Assembly: GCA_010015805.1 (NCBI GenBank)
Contig: ML978138.1
Location: forward strand, 372,001 to 436,000
From: Rhizodiscina lignyota
Lineage: Eukaryota
Reading direction: 5' to 3'
Length of the DNA: 64,000 nt
The notes beneath the pieces were generated by a model. It did not search any database. It saw only the letters and a program-made list of their open reading frames with translations, and was not told the origin of the DNA. This document shows, piece after piece, positions 26,101 through 38,647 of the stretch. How positions within the stretch are numbered: the first letter of the stretch is position 1; every line of letters starts with the position of its first letter. The translations under genes were made by a program, and so were the position numbers.

Positions 26101-27643
26101 TTAAGGCAACTCTTGTCGGAGTTGATGTCCTTCTCCAGGTGCTTCTACTCTAGCGTTGTCTCCATCAAGTTGCTGCGCCTCAGATTTGTAGCCGATGTGC
26201 ATAGTCTCTGAACCGTGTTCGATCATTTGTCCGCATCTCCTCTTATGCCGCATAGAAGAGATGAACCAACCCGCTGTGAAGAAAAGGATGGCGCCAACAA
26301 CACCACCCACTGTTCCGCCCGCAATGGCCGCTGTGTTTGAGCCTCTAGAGCTGGATGCAGTATTCGACGCTGCGGGGGTTGACTCTCCTGAGTTGATGGG
26401 TCCAGTCCAATCGCAACCAATTGCTTGGATATCTTGCTGATCTGGGCCTGCGTGTGTAGCTAGTGCGATGCCATACTCTTTCCCAGACTCGTCGTAACGA
26501 AGGTATATCTCATTGAGGAACGGGCCACCTAGCACGTTTACACTTTGCTGTGTTGAAGGCTTAGTATCTGTCAAATGTCACGAAGACAGAACAATTAGTA
26601 CTAACCTCATAATTGCCCCATCCACCCTGTGCTAAAGGCAATATCCAATGCGAAGAGTCATTTGTAGGCCTGAGCTTAACAGTCACTTCGAAGTTATCAG
26701 TTAAGGTGAACGTTAGACTCCCATCCGGAACAGGATCTTCCAAACTCCATTGAGAATAATAATCGAGCATATCGTCTTGATATGCGCCAGTAGCGGTGGC
26801 ATACGCATCGCTTACAGCCTCCGGTAGCACAATACTCGGCGAGCCCGGCTCAATGCACGCATCAAACGCGCCGGAGCTGATACCCATTGGTGCAGATCCA
26901 TTGCGTGGGCGGTACTCGACGTTAACGACCGTCACCTGCAACGCGCAGTTCTTCTCGACGGGATTGCCGACGGGAATGCTGATGGATGCAGGTGTGCTCA
27001 AAGCAGCCGCTGCATCAACGCACCCGAGACAGAGTGTGCCGCCTCCAAGACCCCAGGATTTGGACGGAATGAGCTTCTGTTGATACATAGTTTCCATGAA
27101 TACAGAGCTCTCGGCGAGACCGAGAGGGGAGTTGCTGAATTGCCCAAACCCTGCGTTTGGTATGACAACTGCCATGGACGGAACTGCCAGGTTGTCAGCA
27201 GTCTCTAGGATCATCGAATCGGCGCCTCTGGTCCAGTTGGAGAAGTCGTCGAATCTGCGATCGACGATGGTCGACGTATTGCCAGTTATCGTCCAGCTTG
27301 ACGACTGCGATGATGCGAAGCCTCCTCCGTACGTCTCGAGGCAGAGGTCGTCTGAAAGGCTAGAGAGGTTGCGGCAGCCGCCATTGTCTTCCGTCAGTAT
27401 GGGTATGAACGTGCTATTGATCATAAGCGACGGCGTAAGAGCAAAGTGTTGCGGCGGAGTGCCCAATCCAATTGCAATGCCGCTCGACTCGACACCAGCG
27501 CTGACGCTGACATTACGGATTGGGAGGACGATTGGAGCGGTGCTGCATTTGTCGCAATCGGCTCCTAGTATACACAAGAAGAGCGCTAAGATGAGGATGT
27601 GTGGTTGCGCTGTGTGCAAAGTTGAAAATGAAAATGTTTCCAT
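26101..27643 (-). CDS. Membrane-anchored aspartic-protease-fold protein, probably catalytically inactive, 2 exons
   Basis: Hydrophobic N-terminus, IGLGTPPQHF, SWGL..GTLCLG and VLGGPFL..IYLRYD. An intron starts at 26605. A Ser-rich linker precedes a TM helix (AAIAGGTVGGVVGAILFF) and a cytoplasmic tail. No DTG/DSG motifs. Confidence 0.75.
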
Positions 27644-28269
27644 GATGTCCCAACTGAATAACGCGCCAGCGTCATTCTTGCACGTAGAGTGAGTGAGCCA
27701 GAAAACAGTGACTGGAGCTGAAACCGGGGAATAGTGCTTTTTGGAGGATTTGAGGAGGCAGATCTGAATACGAAGTGGCTGCTCTATCACGACTCGGGAC
27801 TGTGGCTTGGCTGGCAGCTGGTGCATATTCTAGGCCATGGCGCCGAGAGAAGCTGAACTGCGGGTTGAGATGAAATTTCTAATCACTTTTGGCGATTCTA
27901 AATATCGTCGATATTGACTCAAAGAAGAAAAGGAGCTTATACGAATCGATGGGAATTGAACTTTGCCTGAGATAGTACGAACGATTCTGAACATTTGGAC
28001 GGTTGGATACGATGAAATTAGACTCACACATCTTAATGATTCGTTATCATTCGAGCAACTATTCAATGCTATTCAGGTCTATGCAATACGCCTTGCTATG
28101 CGTCAGATGTCATATGCCGGTCTTTTTTCCGAAGTACTTCTTCTTGAACCGACCATTCCATCCCATGATATATCAACTGTATCTGTGAATGCTCCTCGAA
28201 AAGAGCTCGACAAGTGGTCATTTGAGCTAAAAGTGCGCTCCCATCGGGAGATTTATGTCACCGGCCGCC

Positions 28270-29185
28270 TCATCTTTGTGAGCCAGACCTTACTCCTTGC
28301 TTCTTTCCACCCATGCCGAAGAATGCACCACCTGCAGAACCACCATCATCCAGATCCATGGCATCCATGTCATTTCCACCGCTGTCACCGAAACCCCATT
28401 CAGTGACCCTCGACCTCAGACTTCTCTTCTTACCCTTCTTGTCGTCGTCTTTCGCTTCCTCCTCGAGCTTCTCCCTCTCCTTGTCTGCCGCGTCCTTCGC
28501 ACGCAGTTTACGTTGCTCGCGAAGCTTGGCCGCCGACTTGACTTCGGCGATCTTAGCGTCCAGGTCCGTCAGCGCAGATTCGCAGCGCTCGCTCCACATT
28601 GCAAGCTGGTTTAGCAGGCTAGGAACACTGCCTGGAGAGAGGTCACGGAGGGGTGAAACGGAGGATATGATGGCGACACCGTGTGATGGATCCAGTGTGG
28701 CGGTGATGAGTGAAGAGTAGATGGCGGTGGTGAGAAGGGATTCCAGTTCACGGGTCGAGGAGAGGGATAGAGCGGAGGTCAGATGTTGGTATGTCAAAGT
28801 CGAAGAAGTTGGCGAATTGGAAGCGGCGAGAGTGAGGAGGGTAAGGAGGCGCAGCTTCTGTTGCTGCTGGGCGGATAGTTCAGGGAGGGACTGGGCGTTC
28901 GCTAGATATATCAAATTTCGCGTTTTCGAATAGTTGAAGGAAAATACCTTGGTAGTCGGCCCATGTTCCCCAAGAGAATATCTCCAGCAGTTTCAGGTAT
29001 TTGGCATGCTCCGGAGCATCGCGCAGGGCCTGAATGTTCGGAGTCTGAAGGAGTTCGGCGAAGACATAGGTATTAGGCGCAGAAGTAGCTTGAGTGATGA
29101 GATCAGATGCAGCGCGAGGAGATGTCGCGGACTTGGAGAGGACGACGAAAGGCTCGAGAGCGTTAAGGGCGCGTGTCTGCTCCAT
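28270..29185 (-). CDS. CSN7: COP9 signalosome subunit 7 (PCI domain), 2 exons
   Basis: MEQTRALNALEPF...ATSAPNTYVFAELL...LLEIFSWGTWADY, then KLRLLTLLTLA and RELESLLTTAIYSSLI. One short intron near 28900-28947. Confidence 0.9.
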
Positions 29186-29830
29186 GGTGATGATTGTAGA
29201 GAGTTGCAAGAGGGTGCAGAAGTCCGAATGGAAATGGGTAGTTTAAAGTCCGATGTCACGATGAAGTTAAAGCTTGGGCCACCATGGAAGCCTTGAGGCT
29301 TGGCGTGGTGCACCGAATTGAACGTGTTGCAAACGCAGAACTTTTGGCAGTGGATTGGTATCAAATATTAATCTTCGTCTTCTTCCTCTAACACCAACTT
29401 CTCCCCCCGCAACTCGCACAAGGCCTCCCCAAAGACGAGGTTGGCCGACTGGACAATCTCGCTGAGCTTGACGAGTCAGTGACAATTGGCGGAGAGGGGT
29501 GCAGCTCATTAACACCAGTCAATGATAGTGTCTTCCAGCATTATGTGAGCAAGCGTAAAGTACGCGAGTTCGCAACCTTTGAATCTGGCAATCCCACCAC
29601 ATTGGGAGACTCTTTGACATTGTTGAAATGTAGTTAGGGGTCCTCACACGACCATCTGCAATTATATGAGTCTAGCCGCGCCTCATTATGAATCGAAACC
29701 AACTGCTGTTCCCCAGCACTCATCACTCTTAACTTTCTGCTTGACCCCATCGTTAACGTACATCGTTTTTCTGTTCCCATTCCGTAATTTCTCAGAGTTT
29801 AGAAGTCTACTGTCTCATTGTCTCACCATT

Positions 29831-30205
29831 ATGAAGCTCAACCAAGTGACCGTCCCAGTGAAAGACATCAACCGCTCAATAGCATTTTACAAGATACTCG
29901 GTCTTAATCTCATCGTTCACACCAACGAATGGTACGCCCGATTCGAATGTCCAGACGACGAATCAACTTTCTCACTTCACCGTGTGAACGACTTACCCTC
30001 TGGTGACGGAGTATGGGTCTACTTTGAAGTCCCAAATGTCGATGCAAAAGTTGAGGAACTTCAGCAGGAAGGCATTGAAATTGAAGAAGCGCCCGAAGAC
30101 AAACGATGGCTATGGCGGGAGGCAAGACTGAGAGATCCGGATAGAAATGTGATCATCGTATATCATGCTGGGGAGAATAGGAAGAATCCTCCTTGGAGGC
30201 TTTAA
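29831..30205 (+). CDS. Glyoxalase/bleomycin-resistance (VOC) family protein, intronless, bacterial-like
   Basis: 124 aa: MKLNQVTVPVKDINRSIAFY...VYFEVPNVDAKVEEL...WLWREARLRDPDRN...AGENRKNPPWRL, a single-domain VOC pattern. Confidence 0.85.
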   Translation: MKLNQVTVPVKDINRSIAFYKILGLNLIVHTNEWYARFECPDDESTFSLHRVNDLPSGDGVWVYFEVPNVDAKVEELQQEGIEIEEAPEDKRWLWREARLRDPDRNVIIVYHAGENRKNPPWRL

Positions 30206-32324
30206 GCACGCTGTAATCTAAAGCTGGAGGAGGAGGAGAACTACTCGGGCGGGCTTTTCATGGAGGTCCCTCCGTCGGGCTTTCGAAAGACTGGTAGCGC
30301 GTGCGGAAGTAGAGGTGATGAATATCCAGAGTTGTATTTGAACGTGGCATCAGAGTCCGAGGGAGCGGACTCAAATGTCTCCCGCTGAGTGTGACGTGAT
30401 GGAACTCTTGTAGAGAGATTGAGGGCGGTAAAAGCCTTATCTACTGGGACGAATAAGAGGACTGTGAAAGCAGAGAGTATTGATGAAATGTGAAATGCAT
30501 CTTGATCAAGAGCAGAATCGGGATCCTTATCCTCAAGCTTACTGAGGAGTATGCAAAAGCCGTGACGTTTCTGGAGAATACGGGAGACAGTTGTACAGCT
30601 GTACTCCAGACAAGGTATGTACATATCCATCAAGGACATGTGAAAGCATCTCCCGTGTTTTCTATGGCGGCCTTCCCTCCCTTTATCCCACCCTATCACG
30701 ATATGCGCCCAATCCTTCTCGGTTGGAGCTGCACGGTGGAGTCTTTTCCGAAGGTAGCCGGGAGAAGGGCCTGGCAGTGCGCCCAATGGCGGCGCGGCAT
30801 GCCGGGCCATGGCAGCCAAGCATTACGCCGCTTGCCGCAATTGTGCGCAGATCGACGTAATGCAGCAGCGACCCGCATCGTCGGACGGGACCCTTTCTTT
30901 CGCTGCCCAAATTACAATACAGCGTCGCGCGGCGCGGGTGGAAATGAGCACAGGCGAGCTGTTCGCGGTGATCCGTGGCGGCGACGAGACAAAGGACGGT
31001 TTGACAGACGATGGAGTGTCAATGTGCGGGCAGCGACGACGGCAAATAGGAGGCGGAGAAGCAGGCGAAGGAAGAATAAGGACGTCGATCGGCACGCGAA
31101 GAGGAGGCTCTGTCGTTATCGATACGACCTTGCTTACGCACCGCGATTCATGAGAGACAAGATGAGTTCAGATCTCGCATTTGCTGCACCTCTGGGGTCT
31201 GAAACGCGCCTCCACTCCCCAGAAAGTTTGAAGCCGCCTTCGTCATTCTCGATTTCAGGAGGCTGGGCGCGATGAGCACGGGAGCACAAGGGGAAGTGAG
31301 CCAGGGGCGAGAAAGGGGGGAGAAAATTGAGCAGGCGGGACGGCAGAGGCAGCGTGGACGAAGATTGAGACATCGCCAACTGACGCAGGCAATCTCGTTC
31401 CATTCGCCTCCGTATTCGACATGGGACCGGCGGTGGAGCGCAGCGGAGAATATGACGACGCTTTGCTCGCCGGGCCGTCGGCACGCTTCGATATGGGCGC
31501 TGCTCCGGCTCGAACTGTGTGAATTGCGAGGCAGCGAGGCAGAGAGCAGGACGCCACAGGGTTCATCTATGCGTGAGATGGGCGAGGTGCTCAGCAGCGA
31601 GCAGTTGCGTCGGTGGCGACGGCGGAGGATGCGATTGCGGGCCAGCACTGACGGCGGGCAGGAGCAATGACAGTCGACGGGCAGGGGCAGGGCCCGCACG
31701 CTGCAGTCGCAGGCACTGAATAGAGCACACGTAGAGCTATACCACTCCCTCTTGTATACGCCTTCCACTGCCGGCTGCTGCATGGACAGCGTTGTTCGCG
31801 CCTCACACACCGAAACAAGTGCCCGATCCGGCCGGCCGCCCTGCCAGTGAAGCAGTGAAGCAGTGAATGGTGGCACAGGTGGAGGGTCAGCAGGTGCTCG
31901 CTTGGCTCCATCGGCCGATGGAGCGTGCTTGATCCCTACCGCCTTCGCACCTCACGCCAACTTTCACTCACCACCACGCTCTGCCATCGTGAACAACCAC
32001 CCTCCCTTCACACCTATTGCTCCACCACACGAGCAGTTGCACCATCCTCGTGTGTTTGTCCTCTTGAATTCGCTCCTTCACCCGCTTACCTCAGTCCTCT
32101 TTGCCCCTTCGCGCGTGGCGCCCCGCACCCTCGCTGACCCCTGGGCGCGCTCGCGCCAGTGAGCAGCCTTTCTTTCGGCCGCCGACTGACCTCGAAGTCA
32201 TCGCGAGCACGGCCGCTACAGACGACATACGTGAACGACAACCTTCCCGAGCACGCCTTACCTCGATATACTGCACATGTTCGGCTTCAATGCTCTGAAA
32301 AAGCGAAGAACGCCGGGCAGCACC

Positions 32325-35300
32325 ATGCCTTCTTCAGACGACACCACGAGTGCCGTCGCCACCATTCTCTCCACCCTCGCCAAACAGCACGATCCCAACG
32401 CTGACGAGTCTTTCAATGGCGCTGCGGCCACGAACGGTCTGAAGGCGGCCAAGATAACACTGCCAGGTCCGGATAATGTCGCAAAGCAGAATCTGGAGAA
32501 GGAGTTGCATGCACTTGCAGCCCGCATACAATTCCTCGAGGCGCGAGCAGCAGTCAATAGCGATGCCTTCCCTATTACTCCCAACGAGCCTGGTGTAGTG
32601 ACACCATTTCCCGTCGACTCGCCTGATTCCCACCGAAATGGATCGTCGCCCGCGCGACATGTGTCCATCGGCAGTCGCGACCAGCGCACATTGTGGGTCA
32701 ACAATTGGCTCACGTCGAAGGAGGCCAGCAACAATGTTCCTGTCACGGAAGAGCAGCTAGGCTATCTCCGCGACCATGTCAATAAGCAGGCGGATCAGAT
32801 TAAGACCCAGCGCGAGCACATTGACGAACTGTCTACTTTTGTCCAACAGCAGCAACAGAAGCAGGAGAATGTGTTCAGTGCCGACGAACAGAACTATGAG
32901 CAGCTGAAACGCGAGCTCGTAAAGAATCAGCAAGCGAATCTTGCCTTCCAAAAGGCCTTACGAGAGATTGGCAGCATCATCACCGCTGTGGCCAATGGAG
33001 ACCTTAGCAAGAAGGTGCTGATCCATGCAAAAGAGCTAGACCCAGAGATTACAAAGTTCAAGCGCACAATCAATAAGATGGTTGATCAACTACAAGAATT
33101 TGCACAGCAGGTCACAAGGCTGGCCAAGGAGGTGGGCACAGAAGGCAAGCTTGGTGGACAGGCTGTCGTGCCAGATGTCAGTGGCATCTGGGCCGAATTG
33201 ACGATGAATGGTATGCACGAGATTTTGAGACGTATTGAGGTTGTGACCCCGCTAATTTCATACAGTCAACCTAATGGCAGAGAACCTCACGAACCAAGTC
33301 AGAGAGATTGCAGTTGTTACTACAGCTGTCGCACACGGTGACCTGAGCCGGAAGATCGAACGACCTGCAAGAGGAGAAATTCTCGAGTTGCAACAAACGA
33401 TCAATACTATGGTGGATCAACTCCGCTCCTTTGCAACAGAAGTCACAAGAGTGGCTCGCGATGTCGGTACCGAAGGTGTCTTGGGTGGACAAGCAGAAAT
33501 AGAAGGTGTTCAGGGCATGTGGAATGATCTGACCATCTCTGTGAACGCCATGGCCGAAAACCTCACAACGCAAGTGCGAGACATTGCCCAAGTCACAACT
33601 GCCGTTGCCAAGGGTGATCTGACCCGAAAAGTCAGCGCAGAGTGCAAGGGTGAAATCTACAAGCTTAAATTCACAATCAACAACATGGTGGACCAGCTGC
33701 AGCAGTTCGCGCAGGAAGTCACGAAGATCGCCCGTGAGGTCGGAACGGAAGGTCGACTAGGTGGTCAGGCAACTGTTCACGGCGTCGAAGGCACATGGAA
33801 GGCTCTGACTGAAAATGTCAACGGCATGGCTATGAACTTGACAACCCAAGTGCGCGAGATTGCAGAGGTTACTACTGCCGTGGCGAATGGCGACTTGACG
33901 AAGAAGGTCCAAGCAGAAGTCAAAGGAGAGATTCTGACGCTCAAGAACACTATCAACACTATGGTGGACCGCCTGAATGCGTTCGCCTTCGAAGTGAGCA
34001 AGGTCGCAAGAGAAGTCGGAACAGAAGGAAAGCTTGGCGGTCAGGCTACTGTGGAGAATGTGGATGGGAAATGGAAGAACCTCACAGACAATGTCAACAT
34101 CATGGCACAGAATCTCACCACACAGGTGCGAAGTATATCAAGCGTCACGCAGGCCATTGCGCAGGGTGATATGACGAGGCGTGTTGAGGTACACGCGCAA
34201 GGCGAGATCTTGCTTCTGAAAGATACCATCAACGACATGGTTGCCCGACTAGACGATTGGTCTTTGGCTGTCAAGCGCGTCGCCCGAGAAGTCGGCGTTG
34301 ACGGCAAGATGGGCGGCCAAGCAGAAGTTCAGGGCATTGCCGGCCGTTGGCGCGAAATCACACAAGATGTCAATACCATGGCGCAAAATCTCACGGCCCA
34401 AGTGCGTGCTTTCGGCGACATTACGAATGCAGCAACACAGGGTAATTTCCAGAGCGTGAACGTTGAAGCGGCTGGCGAAATGGATGAGCTGAAGCGAAAG
34501 ATCAACAAGATGGTTAGCAACCTGCGAGAGTCAATCCACCGTAACCAAAGCGCACGACAGGCAGCCGAATTGGCAAACAAGACTAAGAGCGAGTTCTTGG
34601 CTAACATGTCTCACGAAATTCGAACGCCGATGAACGGAATTATTGGCATGACGCAGCTTGCTCTGGATACAGACCTCAGCACGTATCAGAGAGAGATGTT
34701 GACCATTGTGCACAACCTTGCGAATCAACTTCTGACCATCATTGACGATATCCTGGATATCTCCAAGATTGAGGCCAAGCGGATGGTGATGGAGCAAATT
34801 CCATTCTCGCTTCGTGGAACAGTCTTCAACGCGCTCAAATCCTTGACAACACGGGCCAATGAGAGAAGTCTGAACCTGGCGTACGAGGTCGACAGAACCG
34901 TTGCAGATTACATTGTTGGTGACAGCTTCAGGCTACGACAAATCATCCTCAACCTTGTCGGCAATGCTATTAAATTCACAGAGAATGGTGAGGTGAAGGT
35001 GAAGATATGCATGGCAGACTCTGCAGATCTCGTTGAGCCGATTAGCGAGAAGGATGAGGACACTGGTAGCCAGGACTTTGCTGGACAGGATTCGATTGAT
35101 TGGAGAGGCTCTTTTGGACACGATAGCACTGATGAGCCAGGCAGTGGATTCGTTCTTGGCGAGATTGTTGAGGGCGGCGCAGTGGATGCTATGAAGACAG
35201 CTGCAACGAAGCCAGTGAACAGAAGAAGTGTGGGCTTTGGCGAAATGCCTCCGAAACGCACCAGCGTCCCCGGCATTGAAGTCTCAAAACATCTTACCGA

Positions 35301-36910
35301 TGCATTCAGCGGATCTCCCGCATCTTCTATTGGCCAGCACAGCTTCCCTGACCTTGTGAATACAGATCCGGATGAAGAGGAGGACGTCGGGCCGGACACA
35401 TTTGTTATTAAGTTCGCTGTGAGCGACACAGGCATTGGCATTCGCAAGGACAAACTCAACCTCATCTTCGACACCTTCCAGCAGGCCGATGGCAGCACGA
35501 CAAGGCGATTCGGCGGCACGGGCCTGGGTCTGAGCATCTCCAGGAGACTAGTGAATCTCATGGGCGGAAGAATGTGGGTAGAAAGCGAGTATGGCCAAGG
35601 AAGCACATTCTTCTTCACGTGCCGAGTACACTGTGCGAGCCCGGATGTCAAAGCTATTCGCCCACAGTTCAGACCGTACAGACAGCACGAGGTGCTCTTC
35701 ATCGACAAGGGGCGCACCGGTTACGGAGATCAAATCGTTCAGCACATAAGAGAACTCGATCTTGTCCCGCACCATGTCAAGGTTTCTCCCAAGGCCGACA
35801 CACCTCTACCGGACATTCTACGTGCGCCAGATCCGATGTACGGGTGCGTCATTGTGGACTGCGACGGAACCGCCCGGCAGCTGAGGGATCTGGAAAAATT
35901 CAAATACATCCCTCTTGTCATGCTGACGGACCACATCAATGTTTCTTTCCGCTCGGCTCTGGAGGATGGAATAAGCAGCTACATGACGACTCCGTGCCTT
36001 GCCATCGACTTGGGTAATGCCCTTATTCCTGCGCTGGAAGGACGTGCGGCTGCACCCGTCAGCCCTCACAGCAAGAGTTTCAACATTCTATTGGCCGAGG
36101 ACAACGCAGTCAATCAGCGACTGGCGGTCAGGATATTGGAGAAGTATCATCACACGGTCACGGTCGCGAATAACGGTCTTGAGGCCGTTGAAGCGATTAA
36201 GAAGATCAGGTATGATGTCGTGCTCATGGATGTGCAGATGCCTGTGATGGGTGGCTTTGAGGCAACAGCCAAGATCAGAGAATGGGAACGCGAGAACGGC
36301 CTCACGCGCAGTCCTGTTATCGCTCTCACTGCCCATGCCATGGTTGGTGATCGCGAGAAGTGCATCCAGGCACAGATGGATGAGTATCTCTCCAAGCCTC
36401 TCAAGCAGAACCAACTCATTCAAACGATCGTCAAGTGTGCTACGCTTGGCGGCGCTCTTGCGGCCCAGAATGATCAGAGAACCTCACTGGCTAGCTCGCC
36501 GCAGGATGCTGATGGCGAGTCAGCTCCGGCCGAACCGAAAACACCGGTGGAAGAGACGCCAAGAGGCACACCGGCACCGGGCAGTGCAGGCAAAACTCCT
36601 GGCGGCCTGACTCCGAAGCGGCCAAAGATAGAGAACCGCGCGTTTACCGAGAGAAATACCGGAGACGAGAGTCCGAAGCTGATGAGCGTGGATGTGGTGG
36701 ACACTGTTGATAGGGTACGTTTACCTCATTGCTTGTCGCACTGACTTTCGTCGTATCTGTGGAGGACTCTTACATTTACTTGATTCATTGGCGTCCAAAC
36801 TGCGCGCTGGGTTTGGTTTGGTTTATGCATGCAAGTATTGCAGGCATCCTTACTGTCAGAGGCATGCTAACTTTTACCCACAGTTGCTTCTCAGGTCGCA
36901 CAGTAGCTGA
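32325..36910 (+). CDS. NIK1: Group III hybrid histidine kinase (HAMP repeats, HisKA, HATPase, receiver), 3 exons
   Basis: Tandem ~92-aa HAMP repeats ([14 protein letters not shown]), H-box [17 protein letters not shown]1/F/G2 boxes and receiver VLMDVQMP. Introns 33211-33265 and 36715-36883; C-terminus LLLRSHSS. Confidence 0.96.
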
Positions 36911-38647
36911 GACTAGGGATTTCTACAGACACAGATACCCAGAGCCGTCTCAGACTATTAATGGCCGCGACCCTTCGCCTTTTGTACCATCATCCCGAAT
37001 TACCCGGCTTCAGCCTCGTCGTTCGCTGTCCATATCTGCGGGGCGTACAGCTCCTCAAGTGCTCTGCACGACGACGCTTTGCATAAGCGGCCCGGCGAAC
37101 ACAGAACTATTGTTACGAATCTCCTTTCGATCGTCCGTTCTCGGTTGTCGTATCCGCCCTTCGACGATTCTCCCATTCCGCGCATTTGCGCAACTTTCAC
37201 TTTAACTGCCGTACAGGCAGCTTTCTCATTTTCCGGGCGTTGGAGGGGGTTGGCGCTTGTTCGGGGGCCAAGCATACGAATGGCGCAGGGAGACTTATGC
37301 CGCGAGCAATCTGGTTGCTCTTCATTCTGGGGTTTTAGTTCCAGGCATTTGCACTTTGAGCGGCTTTTACTTTGATTGCCTTTGATGCTTTCAGAACTTT
37401 TTTTTTTGTCACAGACAACTTTCCTCTTCTTGCTTCTACTTCTTTGCCCTTCGCTGTACGGAATGCTTCAACTTTGCTTTTTCGACGGCTTATCTGATGG
37501 TTTTGTTTTCCGTTGTTGGGGTGGAGGGAAGTTGCGAGTAGCTAGCATTTCTAGGCGATGACGGACTGGGCATGGCAGGCAGGCTGCAGGTGGAGCTGTT
37601 CACTCTTCTCTCTCCGGCCTAGAATTTCCCCTAAGATATCAAGTCGAATCGAACGGGGAATGAAAGAGCTGCCGCTTTCGGCGTTTTGATACTGGCTGCT
37701 GCGGAATATTTGATGCACGAAGTGGTGAGGGGTTCATAGCCGACATCGAGAAGTGCCCTTTTGACTCATCGTCTGTGGTAGCCATCTTCTGCGTGAGAGC
37801 TAAAGCATATCGATGCCGGTGAAGGCGCCCGGTTGTGAAGTGTCACTCTATTTTCGTGTCGAGTTGGCGGCACAGCGGCCTCACTTCTCCGGTTGACATG
37901 TGAGGTTGCCTTCCTCCGCGTCTGCCTGCGCCTGCCTGCGCCCGGCGCCTGCCTCGCGGCCAACTGGTTTGCAGATGAACGCTTATATGATATAGCCTGG
38001 GCCTGATATGTTGATTCCGAGAGCCTGGAAAGGGAAAGCGTGTGACGCTAATGGAAGTTTGAGAGCAATCACGTGTTCACGCTTCGCCGGCCCCCTGCGC
38101 TAATCCCCGCTACACTCGAAACTTTGTCACTTTGGGTGACGCGATCGTACATCGCAACTCCCACTCATCATCGACCACCGCTTCACCCATCACCACGCGC
38201 CGCGCTGCGTTGAGCAGGTGAAGCGTTGCTCTATTCTGTGAATAACCTTGTTGCCACCATCTCTTCGCGTAGATACATTTCTACGTTGTCTTTCTCCAGT
38301 TTGCGGAGTCGATAAGCCAATCAGCAGACTGTACTTACGCGTCGTCTGTTGCGACAATTTCATCTCGTTCATCGGCGACTCAAGTAAGCATTTATTCGTT
38401 CAGCCTGGGTCATCGATAGTTTCACTGTGCCATTAACTGACGCTTTGTTTGTCATACATAGCTCTCTCACACGGCGAGAGGTGCCACGATCATCGCATTC
38501 GTTGATTTGTGCTCCGCGCACAACTCGACGAGGCAAAGCTGAGCCCACCACCAACGCGAGGCTGCATTTGGACCAATCTGGCTCTGCTGTCCACAACGGC
38601 GAGCTTCACCGGTCTAAGCTGCCTTGCGGTCTCCACAAATCCTCGAA

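Noticed and set aside
30241..32300. ORFs of 190-260 aa upstream of NIK1
   Set aside because: Arg/Pro/Ser-rich translations with no domain signal, typical of GC-rich promoter or 5' leader DNA.
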